This document shows, in pieces, positions 1 to 9,983 of a DNA stretch of 64,000 nt. The stretch comes from an uncultured Acidobacteriota bacterium (lineage in GTDB: Bacteria; Acidobacteriota; Terriglobia; UBA7540): contig CAWDSK010000006.1 of assembly GCA_963804995.1 (NCBI GenBank), forward strand, positions 896,001 through 960,000, given 5' to 3'. The position numbers were made by a program, and so were the translations under genes. Within the stretch, counting starts at the first letter, position 1. The number at the start of each line of letters is the position of its first letter. Below the pieces are notes generated by a model that saw nothing but the letters and a program-made list of their open reading frames with translations, had not been told where the DNA came from and made no database searches.

Positions 1-167
1 AAAAGTACAGGACGGACAGGAATGATTCAAACTAATTTCGGTTCATCGCGTCGCGAAGAACACGTCAAAAGGCAAAGCCGGGACCAAAGATTGCCAGGTC
101 CGGCGAAAGCGGTTTTTGGGTTTCTACTTTTGCCTTTTGCATTTTGCACTTTGCCTTTTGACTTCGC
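1..167. repeat. Heptamer-repeat element, copy A (TTTTGCC/TTTTGCA/TTTTGAC arm); homologous to 4107-4317
   Basis: AAAAGTACAGGACGGACAGGAATGATTCAAACT...GGGTTTCTACTTTTGCCTTTTGC aligns by eye with AAAAGTAAGGGACGGACGGCAATGATTCATACT...GGGTTTCTACTTTTGCCTTTTGC near 4154-4300. Confidence 0.8.
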
Positions 168-203
168 ACTTCCTACCGCCCATCACCGGGAAGTAAGGAA
201 CTA

Positions 204-1880
204 ATGAATCTTTCTCTCGCTCGACAAATCGTTATGGCGGTCCTGGCCGCCACCCTGCTCTGGGCGAATCTGCGTACGCCTGCCCAGGGACCGGCGCCAA
301 AGCCTCTCCCGCCCGCATCGCGCGTGACCTACGAGGACGTCACGGCGAAATCCGGCATTAACTTCCAGCATTCCTTCGGCGAGCAAAAGCTCAGTTCCAT
401 CATGGAGGCCACCGGTTCCGGCTGTGCCTGGATCGACTACAACAACGACGGGCTGCTGGATCTTTACGTCGTGAGCGGTCGCTACCTGGATGGGGTCACC
501 AAGTTTTCGAAGCCCCAGGGCATGGACGCAACGAACCATCTCTACCGCAACAACGGCGACGGCACGTTTACAGACGTCACGGCGCAGGCCGGTGTGGGCG
601 GCAAAGGCTTCGGCATGGGCGTCACCGTCGGCGACTACGACAACGATGGCTACGAAGACATCTTTGTGACCAACTGGAATTCCTCGATTCTTTACCACAA
701 CAACGGCAATGGAACCTTTACCGACGTCACCGCCAAGGCCGGAGTTGAGAACCCTCACTTTGGCACGGGCGCGGCATGGGTGGACTACGACCGCGACGGC
801 AAGCTCGATCTCTTCGTAGGCAACTACCTGAAGTTTGACCCCAATGCCAAGCGCGAGTACTTCACCGCAGAGGCTTTCCCCGGCCCACTCGATTACGAGG
901 GCACCGCCAATCGACTCTTCCACAACAATGGCGACGGCACGTTTACGGATGTCTCGCACCAGGCGGGCATTGACAACCCTCTGGGCCGCGCCATGGGACT
1001 GACCGTGGGTGATTACGACAACGACGGCTGGCCCGACATCTATATCGCCAACGACACGATGGAAAGCTACCTGTACCACAACAATCACGACGGCACGTTC
1101 ACCAATGTCGCGCCGGACGTGAACACCGCTTTCGGGGCCAATGGCGAAGCGACCTCCGCCATGAATCCCATCTTTGGAGATTACGACAACGACGGCTGGC
1201 AGGATCTGTTTGTCTCCGACATGCGCTACCACCGGTTGTTTCACAACCCCGGCGACAAGGGTTTTTGGCTCGACACAACGGTTGAGACGGGTGTGGCGGC
1301 GGTTTCCGGCCAATACGTGGCCTGGGGCGATGGCTTCTTCGATTTCGATAACGACGGCTGGAAAGACATCTTCATTGTGAATGGCGGCCTGCACTGGCTG
1401 ATCCCCATGGAGGATTCCCTCCTCCGCAATAACGGTGATTCAACGTTCACGGATGTGTCATCCCAAGCGGGCGACTATTTCAAGACGAAGAAAGTCGGCC
1501 GCGGCGCTTGCTTCGCAGATTACGACAACGACGGCTACATGGATGCCTTCATTGTGGTGCTGGGCGGCAAAGGTATTCTGCTGCATGCCAAGCCCCCCGT
1601 GTCAGGCCCGCGCAATCATTGGCTAACCATCAAGTTAGTGGGCACCAAGAGCAATCGCGATGGATTCGGCGCGCGCTTGGAAGCTATCGCCGGCGACTTG
1701 CACCAGTATGTTGAGGCGGTTTCTGAGAATGGCTATCTCTCCCAAGGCGACCCGCGCCCGCACTTCGGCCTGGCGCAGCACACAGAAGTCGACAAGCTCA
1801 TTATTCATTGGCCCAGCGGAACCAACCAAGTGCTCGAGCACGTTAAGGCGGACCAGATTTTGACAGTCAAGGAACAGTGA
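204..1880 (+). CDS. Secreted CRTAC1-family protein (FG-GAP/VCBS repeats + C-terminal ASPIC/UnbV domain)
   Basis: Signal peptide; many DYDNDGxxDL/I and NNGDGTFTDV repeats; C-terminal NRDGFGAR...GYLSQ...HFGL...WPSG; RBS AAGGAA. Confidence 0.9.
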   Translation: MNLSLARQIVMAVLAATLLWANLRTPAQGPAPKPLPPASRVTYEDVTAKSGINFQHSFGEQKLSSIMEATGSGCAWIDYNNDGLLDLYVVSGRYLDGVTKFSKPQGMDATNHLYRNNGDGTFTDVTAQAGVGGKGFGMGVTVGDYDNDGYEDIFVTNWNSSILYHNNGNGTFTDVTAKAGVENPHFGTGAAWVDYDRDGKLDLFVGNYLKFDPNAKREYFTAEAFPGPLDYEGTANRLFHNNGDGTFTDVSHQAGIDNPLGRAMGLTVGDYDNDGWPDIYIANDTMESYLYHNNHDGTFTNVAPDVNTAFGANGEATSAMNPIFGDYDNDGWQDLFVSDMRYHRLFHNPGDKGFWLDTTVETGVAAVSGQYVAWGDGFFDFDNDGWKDIFIVNGGLHWLIPMEDSLLRNNGDSTFTDVSSQAGDYFKTKKVGRGACFADYDNDGYMDAFIVVLGGKGILLHAKPPVSGPRNHWLTIKLVGTKSNRDGFGARLEAIAGDLHQYVEAVSENGYLSQGDPRPHFGLAQHTEVDKLIIHWPSGTNQVLEHVKADQILTVKEQ

Positions 1881-1887
1881 CGCATTT

Positions 1888-2088
1888 CGAGCAAAGAGCA
1901 AGGCAAAAGGCAAAGCGCAAAAGTCAAAAGGCAAAGCCGGAAGAGCGAATTAGAAGTCAAAGGCAACGGTGGAGAGGGCAAAACCGGTGATTAGCGTTAG
2001 CGCCCCACAGTTACGCAGGATGTCCCCGAAGCGGTATTGGGGGAACAACTTTTGCCTTTTGACTTTTGCGCTTTGCCATTTGACTTGC
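1888..2088. repeat. Heptamer inverted-repeat element (GGCAAAA arm ~1890-1937; TTTTGCC arm ~2050-2088)
   Basis: CAAGGCAAAAGGCAAAGCGCAAAAGTCAAAAGGCAAAG is nearly the reverse complement of CTTTTGCCTTTTGACTTTTGCGCTTTGCCATTTGACTTG. Confidence 0.8.
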
Positions 2089-4007
2089 TTTCTGCCGTTG
2101 GCCGCCCCTCTCAATACACAGACGGCTGTCGCCGCCGAGCCCGAGTACCTCACACCCGGCGATATCAAACTCTCCGCGGACGGGAAGAAACTCTTCATCG
2201 CCTGCGAGGGCAATGATTCTGTGATCGCCCTCAACACGCAGACGAAAAAGGTTGCGTCGCGCGCCAAGGTCGGCCACAGGCCCCGAGGCATCGCCCTCTC
2301 TCCGGACGGCAAGACCCTCTACGTCTCAAACTCTTGGAGCGACACGGTCAGCGAAGTCGATGCCGCGACCTTCGAGGTTAAGCGCACGCTCAAAACCGGC
2401 TGGGGGCCGGTGGGCTTGACCACAGATCGCTCCGGCAAAACGCTCTACGTCGCCAACAGCATCGGGGATAGCGTCTCACTGCTTGACCTCGCCACCGGGA
2501 CTGAAATCAAGCGCTTCACCACTCATCGCTATCCTGAGCAGGTGGCGCTTTCGCGCGACGGCCGCCGTGTCTACGTTTCGAACATCTTGCCTCTGCTCGG
2601 ACCTTACGATCAGCCGCCGGTATCGGAATTACTGGTGCTCAACGCCACCAAGCAAGTGGTCGCTGAGCGCATTTTGATTCCCGGGGTGATCGAATTGCGT
2701 CACATCGCGGAAGCGCCGGCCCGGCTGGGTGGATATTTGCTGGTTCCCTTTCTGCGGCCGAAGAATCTTGGGCCGCTAGTCCAGGTGAGCCAGGGATGGA
2801 CGCTGACGCACGGGATGGCCGTGGTACGCCCCGCCTTGCGTGAAACTGTGGGTGAAGCAAGATCGAAGGTGACGGAAGTTCTGCTCGACAACATTGATTA
2901 TTACTTTGCCGGAAATGACGGCGTCGCCTTCACCCCGGACGGCCGCCGCGCAGTTGTTACTTCCGCGGAGGCCAACGTCGTATCAATCCTTGATACCGCT
3001 AAACTCGCCGAGCGCCTGCGGCAGGTCCCTGCGGAGGAACTCCCGGACCGCCTCAACTCCGCCGCCACCTTTGTCACCGCGCGTCTGGCAACGGGCCACA
3101 ATCCAGGCGCGGTCGTGGTCTCACCCGACAGCCGCTGGGCTTACGTCGCCAATCGACTGGACGATTCCATGACTGTCATCGATCTCGAATCGACTGTAGC
3201 GGCGGTCTCCGACCGCCGAAACGTCGATCGGAGATCAACGCTACAGCCGGCCGGTCGGAGATCGGCGCTACAGACCCTTGACCTTGGCGGGCCGAAGGTA
3301 ATCACACCGATGCGGCGGGGCGAGCAGTTGTTCCATGCGGCGAAGTATTGCTTCCAGGGCCAGTTCGCGTGTGGGACCTGCCACCCCAATTCTCACCTGG
3401 ATGGTTTGGCATGGAACCTGGAAACGCCGCAACTTGGGCGCGACCGTGTGGCCAACCGCACGCTACGGGGGATTCGCGAACGGCGCCCTACAAGTGGAAT
3501 GGCCACAATCCGGACCTCGCCACGCAGTGTGGTCCCCGCATCGCCAAGTTCCTTTTCCGTTCGGAGGGCTTCAACGCTCAGGAATTGGAGGCTCTGCTTA
3601 CCTACATCAACGACATTCCGCTCGCACCCAACCGCCATCTCGCGCCCGACGGGCAGTTGACCGAATCCCAGGAGCGCGGCAAGACCATTTTCTATCGCGA
3701 ATACACGAACCAGGGGGGCGCGATTCCCGTCCAGAATCGTTGCTACACCTGCCACCCGGCGGAGACGCACTACACCAATCGCATCAGTACGCAGGTGGGC
3801 TCCGCCACCCGGTACGACACCAGCGGATTGTTCGACACCCCGCAGCTTGATCGCGTCTACGAAGACGCGCCGTACCTGCATAACGGCGAGGCGCTGACGC
3901 TCGAAGAAATCTGGACGGTGTTCAACAACCAGGACACGCACGGGATTACGTCGGACATGAGCAAGGAGCAGTTGAATGACCTTATTGAGTTCTTGAAGAC
4001 GCTTTAG
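2020..4007 (+). CDS. YVTN-type beta-propeller fused to di-heme c domain (CCP/MauG-like); single frameshift near 3479
   Basis: YVTN-like repeats (LSPDGKTLYVSN, LYVANS, WAYVAN); CxxCH motifs CGTCH (3370-3384) and CYTCH (3741-3755); C-terminal APYLHNG; adding one A at GAA^CG joins ORFs 1969-3660 and 3348-4007 as GIRETAPYKW. Start ATG 2020 or GTG 1969. Confidence 0.8.
3196..3271. repeat. GTAG-type REP cluster inserted in frame in the cytochrome gene
   Basis: GTAGCGGCGGTCTCCGACCGCCG followed by two inverted copies ending CGCTAC (GATCGGAGATCAACGCTAC; GGTCGGAGATCGGCGCTAC). Confidence 0.75.
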
Positions 4008-4106
4008 CCATTGGTGATTGGTGATTGGTGATTTGCGATTTTAGTTGATCTTTTGTAGCACTGAACTTTAGTTCAGCCCTTAAAGACATTGTAGAGACGG
4101 CGAAGA

Positions 4107-4317
4107 ACAAGGCAAAAGGCATCGCTGGACGAGCAAAGTGCAAGGCAAAAGGCAAAAGTAAGGGACGGACGGCAATGATTCATACTGATTTTGGATTCCC
4201 GCATCGGGAGAAACAAATCAAAAGCCAAGGCCAGGACAAACACTGCCAGGCTCGGGGGAAGCGGTTTTCGGGTTTCTACTTTTGCCTTTTGCCTTTTGCC
4301 TTATGCCTTTTGACTTG
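4107..4317. repeat. Heptamer inverted-repeat element, copy B, overlapping the start of CDS 4175
   Basis: CAAGGCAAAAGGCAAAAG arm and (TTTTGCC)n arm; homologous to 1-167. Confidence 0.8.
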
Positions 4318-5440
4318 TTCTTCCTCCTTTGCCGCTCCGCGTCCAACCCTTATCACCCGCTGGGAAAACTTCACCACCAAAAGCGGCATGCCCGACGCCA
4401 AGGTCTTCTGCGTGACCGTAGACGGCAGCCGCGTATGGGCGGGCACTGAAGACGGGCTGGCGCTCATCGAGAACGGCAAGGTCGCGAAAGTATACAAGCC
4501 CGCGGATGGCCTCGCGCACCGCGTCGTGATGGGCATTGCTGTGGACAAGAACACGGGCGACCTATGGATCGCGACGTTCGGCGGGGTCAGCCACTTCTCC
4601 GGCGGCCGTTTTGAGAATTTCAAAAATCTGACCAGCGGCCTGCTGAACGATATCTGTTACGGGATTGCCGTGCAGGACAAATTCGTTTGGGTGGCGACCA
4701 CGGCGGGCATCAGCCGCTATAACACGTACACGGGCGAGTGGAACAACTGGAGCGAAAAGAATGCGCCGTTCCACGAACCGTGGACTTACGGGATAGTCAT
4801 CGCCCCGGAGCTCGGCAAAGTGTACTTCGCTATGTGGGGCGCCGGCCTGATTGAATACGACAACCAACAGGGCTACATGAAGGCCTACACTGACCCCGAC
4901 GAGGAAATGGAAATCGTGCTGTTCAAAAATCAGGGCCTCGTCCACGTCATCGTCTCGAACGTCGCCTACGACCCCGACACCAGGATGGTCTGGGCTTCCA
5001 CCTATTTCGGCCTCAGCGGTTATGACGGCCGCGACTGGCACAACTATCTGACCAAGGACAGCGGCCTGGCCTCAGATTTTATCAACGCTCCCAAATCGCG
5101 CCGCAACCAAGTATGGGCCTGCACGGATAAAGGGCTTAGCCGGCTCGATTACGCCACCAACACCTGGGTCACCTATCGGCCCAGCAAACAGAAGGGCCAG
5201 GGCGAAATTGAAATCACCTGGCCGGACGGCAAGAAACAATTTCTATCCACACCCACAACCCTCGCGCACAACTACATCCTGAATATGGATTTTCAGGGTG
5301 AAGACATTTGGGTGGCTACAGCCCAAGGGCTGAGTCACGGAATTCGCGAACCTCAAAAGGAGTCTCAACTTTATGCCAATCCCGGAAACCATCACAACAC
5401 CGGAAACGTCGGATCAGGTCATCTCCAAAAAGGCGATTAG
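4175..5440 (+). CDS. Secreted beta-propeller protein (two-component-regulator propeller-like repeats)
   Basis: Repeats VWAGTEDGL, LWIATFGGV, VWVATTAGI, VWACTDKGL, IWVATAQGL with DGLAH/SGLL/SGLAS linkers. Confidence 0.8.
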   Translation: MIHTDFGFPHREKQIKSQGQDKHCQARGKRFSGFYFCLLPFALCLLTCSSSFAAPRPTLITRWENFTTKSGMPDAKVFCVTVDGSRVWAGTEDGLALIENGKVAKVYKPADGLAHRVVMGIAVDKNTGDLWIATFGGVSHFSGGRFENFKNLTSGLLNDICYGIAVQDKFVWVATTAGISRYNTYTGEWNNWSEKNAPFHEPWTYGIVIAPELGKVYFAMWGAGLIEYDNQQGYMKAYTDPDEEMEIVLFKNQGLVHVIVSNVAYDPDTRMVWASTYFGLSGYDGRDWHNYLTKDSGLASDFINAPKSRRNQVWACTDKGLSRLDYATNTWVTYRPSKQKGQGEIEITWPDGKKQFLSTPTTLAHNYILNMDFQGEDIWVATAQGLSHGIREPQKESQLYANPGNHHNTGNVGSGHLQKGD

Positions 5441-5897
5441 CGCCCCCGAGGTCCTGAACGAAGCCTTTCATTACCCCAAACCCTCGTCCTTCTCGCGCGG
5501 TCTGCGCCTGGATATCAAGGGCATCACCATCCTGCTGATCTCCGGCACTGCCAGCGTCGATGAGTACGGCAGAAGCATCCACGTAGGGGATTTCCGCGCC
5601 CAGACCTGGCGGACCTACCACAACATCACGAAGTTGCTGGAAGCCGAGGGCGCCACTTGGAAGGATATAATCAGGACCACCTGCTATCTGCGCGATATCG
5701 AGCGCGACTACGAAGTATTCAACGAGGTTCGGACGCACTTCTTCGAGGAGCAGGGACTCAACCCGCTGCCCGCCTCCACCGGCATCCAAGCCATTCTCTG
5801 CCGCCCCGACCTGCTGGTTGAGATTGAGGCCATGGCAATCTTCGACAGCGACCGCGGCACCGGCAAGGACGGCGGAGAACGAAAGGTCGCGGCGTGA
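5373..5897 (+). CDS. RidA/YjgF-superfamily protein (ISGTAS subtype, chorismatase-like motifs)
   Basis: LISGTAS, TTCYLRDI, PASTGIQA, CRPDLLVEIEAMA; RBS AAGGAG. Confidence 0.85.
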   Translation: MPIPETITTPETSDQVISKKAISAPEVLNEAFHYPKPSSFSRGLRLDIKGITILLISGTASVDEYGRSIHVGDFRAQTWRTYHNITKLLEAEGATWKDIIRTTCYLRDIERDYEVFNEVRTHFFEEQGLNPLPASTGIQAILCRPDLLVEIEAMAIFDSDRGTGKDGGERKVAA

Positions 5898-5973
5898 GAA
5901 GAGCAGTGGCTAGTGGTTAGTGGTCAGTGGCTAGTGGCAAGTAGTTAGTTTGTGCTTTTGAGAGACAAAAAAT

Positions 5974-8575
5974 ATGCACCACCAAGACACCAAGACACAA
6001 AGAAAGCAAGGGACCTGGCGCTGGGCAGACAAGAAACTCAAAAGGCCAAATTCGCGACTTTTGCCTTTTGCCTTTTGCAATTTGCCTTTTGACTTCGCTC
6101 TGACCACCTGCCTACTGCCCACTGCCTACTGCCTGCTTTGTGCCTTGGTGGGAATCCTGCTGGCGCTGCCCCTCCGCGCCCAGTCCGCTGACCCGGGCCA
6201 GGCCAAGCCTGCCTCCCCGCCCGTTCGAGCGGTACGCCAACATGCCGGATGAAGCGATCCCTTACCGCCGTTTCACCAAGCCCTACTACGACTGGTTCGT
6301 GCGCGATGATACCATCCAGTACCACGGCGCGGCGGACCTGCGCCCGGACGGCGATCCTGCGAAGCTGCAGGAAATCGCCATCGGATTTCTTTCCCCGGTC
6401 GAGAACAACCCCGAATCCATCTATGGCATTCCCGCCCTGCACGGCGCGCAACTAGCCATTGAGCAAGCGAACGCCGCGGGGGGATACAAGGGAAAACCTT
6501 TCGCGCTCAAGGTCCATAACGAGTCGGCGCTCTGGGGCGCTTCCTCCTCTGAGCTTGTCAAGATGCTCTTTGATGAAAACTGCTGGGCCATGGCGGGGTG
6601 TATCGACGGCCAGAACTGCCACATCGCGCTGCGCGTGACGCTGAAGTTGGAACTCCCCATCCTGGACACCGGCACGACCGACCGCACCGTCACCGAGACG
6701 CGTATCCAGTGGTTGCTGCATAACTTTCCGGATGATCGCCAGCAAGGCTATACGCTGGCCGACTACGTTTTTAAGACCCTCAAGTTGAAGCGCCTGGGCG
6801 TGTTGCGCACCCAGACGCGCTACGCCCGCATCGGCGTCGGAGAGTTCAACGACGAGGCGCGGCGGCTGGGGCATCAGCCGGTCTTGGAGGTAAAGTTTGA
6901 GCGGGGTGACCAGGATTTTTCAAACCAGCTCCGCATGCTGCGCGACGCGAAGGTTGAAGGTGTGATCATTTGGGCTGAGGCCGAGGATGGCGGCCACATC
7001 CTGAAACAGATGCGCGCCCTGGGCATGAACCAACCGGTCTTTGGGGGCAGCCGCCTGGCGTATCCGCAGTTGCTCGAGATTGCCGGACCCGCCGCGGAGG
7101 GTGTGGTCGTCACTTCGGCGCTAGACCCAACTCGCACGGACCCCAAGTGGCTGGCCTTTCGCGATGCTTACGTCCAGAAATTCCACGCAGAACCTATCGA
7201 CTATGCCGCTTATGCCTACGACGGCATCAACATTCTGATTGCAGCGATCGAGAAGACCGGCCTCAACCGCGGGCGCATCATGGATGTGCTGCGCGAGTAC
7301 GAGATGAAAACTTACGAGGGCGTTACCGGCACTGATTTCTTTGACTATACGCTCAACAACCTTGCGCCCGTCACCCTGGCCCGCGTTAAAGACGGCAAGT
7401 TTGAATATTGGCGCGCGCCGCGCCAGCGTGGCCACGAAGGCCCCGTCTCGGCCCTTACACCTGCGCCTTCCGCCCCTGTGCCGTACGCGGCCATCAATCG
7501 TGACGCGGTCAATTACCACGGGCCTGGACGCGATTCCAGCCACGATCTGAACGGCACAGAGATTCGCATCGGATTACTCGCGCCACTCGCCGGCCCACGC
7601 CAGGCTGAGGGCGAGGATTTGCGCCGCGCTGCGCAGATGGCGATCGATGAAGAGAATACCACTTCCCTACCCGGCGGCCGCCGGCTGACATTGACCACGC
7701 GCGATGAGAGTGGGCCGTGGGGGCAGGCCAGCACGGAAATCGTCCACTTGGTCTCCGACGATCAGGCCATGGCGCTCATCACCTCCGCTGAGGGCGTCTC
7801 CGCGCACCTGGCGGAACAAGTTGCGAACAAAGTCGGCGTGCCCATCCTCACGCTTTCCTCCGACCCAACGACGACTGAAATCAACTTGCCCTGGCTCTTC
7901 CGTCTGGGACCAACCGACGCCGCGCAGGCGCAGGCCTTTGTGCGCGATATCTATGGCAAGCGGGGATTCCAGCGCGTCGTGCTGGTAACCGAAGACAACC
8001 ACGACGGCCGCATTGGTGGCGAGGAATTTGAGCGAGCCGCGCGGGAAATGAATGCGCCCGCACCCACGCGAATCAGCATTGCGCCCGAGAAACTGCTGCT
8101 GGACGGATTGGTTAGGGAACTTCAGGGCGTGCAGGCTGTGGTCATTTGGGCAGATGCAGGGACAGCGAACCAGCTTGTCGAGCCAGTGCGCGCAACGTTG
8201 CCCTCTGTGCAACTCTACCTTTGTCGCAAGGCGGTGCGACGCGAGTCGGGCAACCCGCACGCCCCCCCCTGCGCGACGTGCGGTGGTGATAAGGCAGGAA
8301 CCTGGACCGCGAGTACGCCCCAGAATCAAGCAGCCTATTGGGCCTTCGAGCAGCGCTACTATCAGCGCTATGCCGTCGAGCCCGGCGTCGGTGCGGCACA
8401 GGCCTATGACGCGGTGCGGCTGCTGGCCGCCTCACTCCGTCAATCAGGTCCCAATCGCACGCGCCTCCGTGACGCTTTGGCCGGAGTTTCCGGCTACGCG
8501 GGCGCTTCAGGAATTATCTCCTTCGATCATGCCGGCAACGACCTTACAGCCGTTGCCTTGACCCGCCTTCCCTGA
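5974..8575 (+). CDS. Tandem two-domain type-1 periplasmic binding protein (LivJ/Peripla_BP_6-like); frameshift near 6220
   Basis: Two Liv-type domains (GAQLAIEQAN...AYAYDG; AAQMAIDEEN...AQAYDA...GASGIISFD); signal peptide lies in ORF 5974-6252 and joins ORF 6140-8575 if one C is removed near 6220. Confidence 0.8.
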
Positions 8576-8593
8576 GAATACCGATGTGGGTAT

Positions 8594-9901
8594 TTATAGT
8601 TCCGGCAATACCTTGCCGCGGGTTTCTTCCGCAAAGGGAAGGAGCAGCAATCCGATTCCGAAGGCCACCGCAGTAAATGCCACGGGTTTTCCGAGCGTCC
8701 CCATGTTATGAACCAGCGCCCCCAGCAGGAAGTTAACTCCGGCGCCGATGAAGCGTCCGAAGGAAGTCGCAAATGCGAAGGCGGTCGCCCGGACCGACGT
8801 GCCGTACTGCTCAGGTAACCAAAGACTGAACACGGCGAAATTGCCGCCAAAGAAACCCAGGAAGAACAACGCGGCGATAAAAGGATAGAGCCCGTGCGGC
8901 AGATAAAAGGCCCACCCGAAGCTGAGCAGAATACACGCGCCCATTCCCAGGAAGTAGATACCTAGTGTCGGCCGCCGACCCAGGCGCTCGGCTAAAGGTG
9001 GAACCAACAAACAGCCCAGTATCGTGCCGACGGAAAGCAGAGCGCTGCCCATCGATACCATCCGCGCCGCCTGGAGCGCTGTCATGCCCGCCTTGGTTGC
9101 GAGCGCGACAATGGCCGTCGGCTCGTAAACGGCGCCCGCCCAGAGACCGATGATCGCGACCGTAAGCAGGGCGGTATTGACCAGGGTACGCTGGCGATAT
9201 CGCCCACTGAAAATCATGCGGATCGGAGAATGCGCCGGAGTTCCCTGTGCGTGCGAGGTGCGTTGCCAACGCTCCGGTTCCTTAACGTGCCGCAGGATGA
9301 AGAGGGCCAGAATCACCGGCGCCAGGCCGCACCAGAACATGGCCCGCCACCCGTAACGCGCGCCGACGGTGAAGTTGAGGGCGGAAGCGAGGAAGAACCC
9401 CGCGTAGTATCCAGTTTGCAAATAGCCCGCACCCATTTTCCGCCGGTCCTCCGGCCACGCTTCCGCAACGTAGGTGCCCGCCAGGGCCCATTCGCCGCCG
9501 ATGCCAATACCTGCCAACAGGCGGAACAACGCAAGTTGCCACACGGTTTGCGACAAGGCTGCAACGCCGGTGAACACCGAATAAACAATGATGGTGCCCG
9601 CGAGCACAGGTGTGCGTCCAAAACGGTCGGCCAGCGGTCCCCAGATAAAAGACAGTCCCCAACCCACCAGGAAGAGGGCGAACAATATGGAGCCTGCAAG
9701 GCCCACGTTGCCCGGAGTGTTTGCTATGCCCGACTTGGGAAGAAGTTCGGTGAGCGCCGGGCTGAGGACTAGGGCGTAAATGAACGAACCCATGCCGTCC
9801 AGCGTCCACCCGGCCCAAGCGGCCCAGAAACCCAGGATCTGCTGCCGGTTTAGAGGAGTCGAGCGCGTAATCTTCGGGGGAGCTGTCGATTGTTCAGCCA
9901 A
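8594..9901 (-). CDS. MFS transporter (carboxylate/aromatic acid type)
   Basis: GWTLDGM, GPLADRFGR (motif A), GIGIGGEW, ~12 hydrophobic segments. Confidence 0.9.
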   Translation of the reverse strand: MAEQSTAPPKITRSTPLNRQQILGFWAAWAGWTLDGMGSFIYALVLSPALTELLPKSGIANTPGNVGLAGSILFALFLVGWGLSFIWGPLADRFGRTPVLAGTIIVYSVFTGVAALSQTVWQLALFRLLAGIGIGGEWALAGTYVAEAWPEDRRKMGAGYLQTGYYAGFFLASALNFTVGARYGWRAMFWCGLAPVILALFILRHVKEPERWQRTSHAQGTPAHSPIRMIFSGRYRQRTLVNTALLTVAIIGLWAGAVYEPTAIVALATKAGMTALQAARMVSMGSALLSVGTILGCLLVPPLAERLGRRPTLGIYFLGMGACILLSFGWAFYLPHGLYPFIAALFFLGFFGGNFAVFSLWLPEQYGTSVRATAFAFATSFGRFIGAGVNFLLGALVHNMGTLGKPVAFTAVAFGIGLLLLPFAEETRGKVLPEL

Positions 9902-9983
9902 AGCAATTCTCCTCGACTGGTAACGCCATGTTCGCAGGCCCAGCGGCTATGAGATCGCATTTCCAATCCCCTCGTCCGGATCA

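Noticed and set aside
22..204. 60-aa ORF with a hydrophobic stretch
   Set aside because: Translation of the heptamer repeat element; no independent evidence of a gene
201..1394. 397-aa minus-strand ORF
   Set aside because: Antisense shadow of the CRTAC1-family gene
8269..8286. CATCG in the SBP as a heme c site
   Set aside because: Lacks the His of CxxCH
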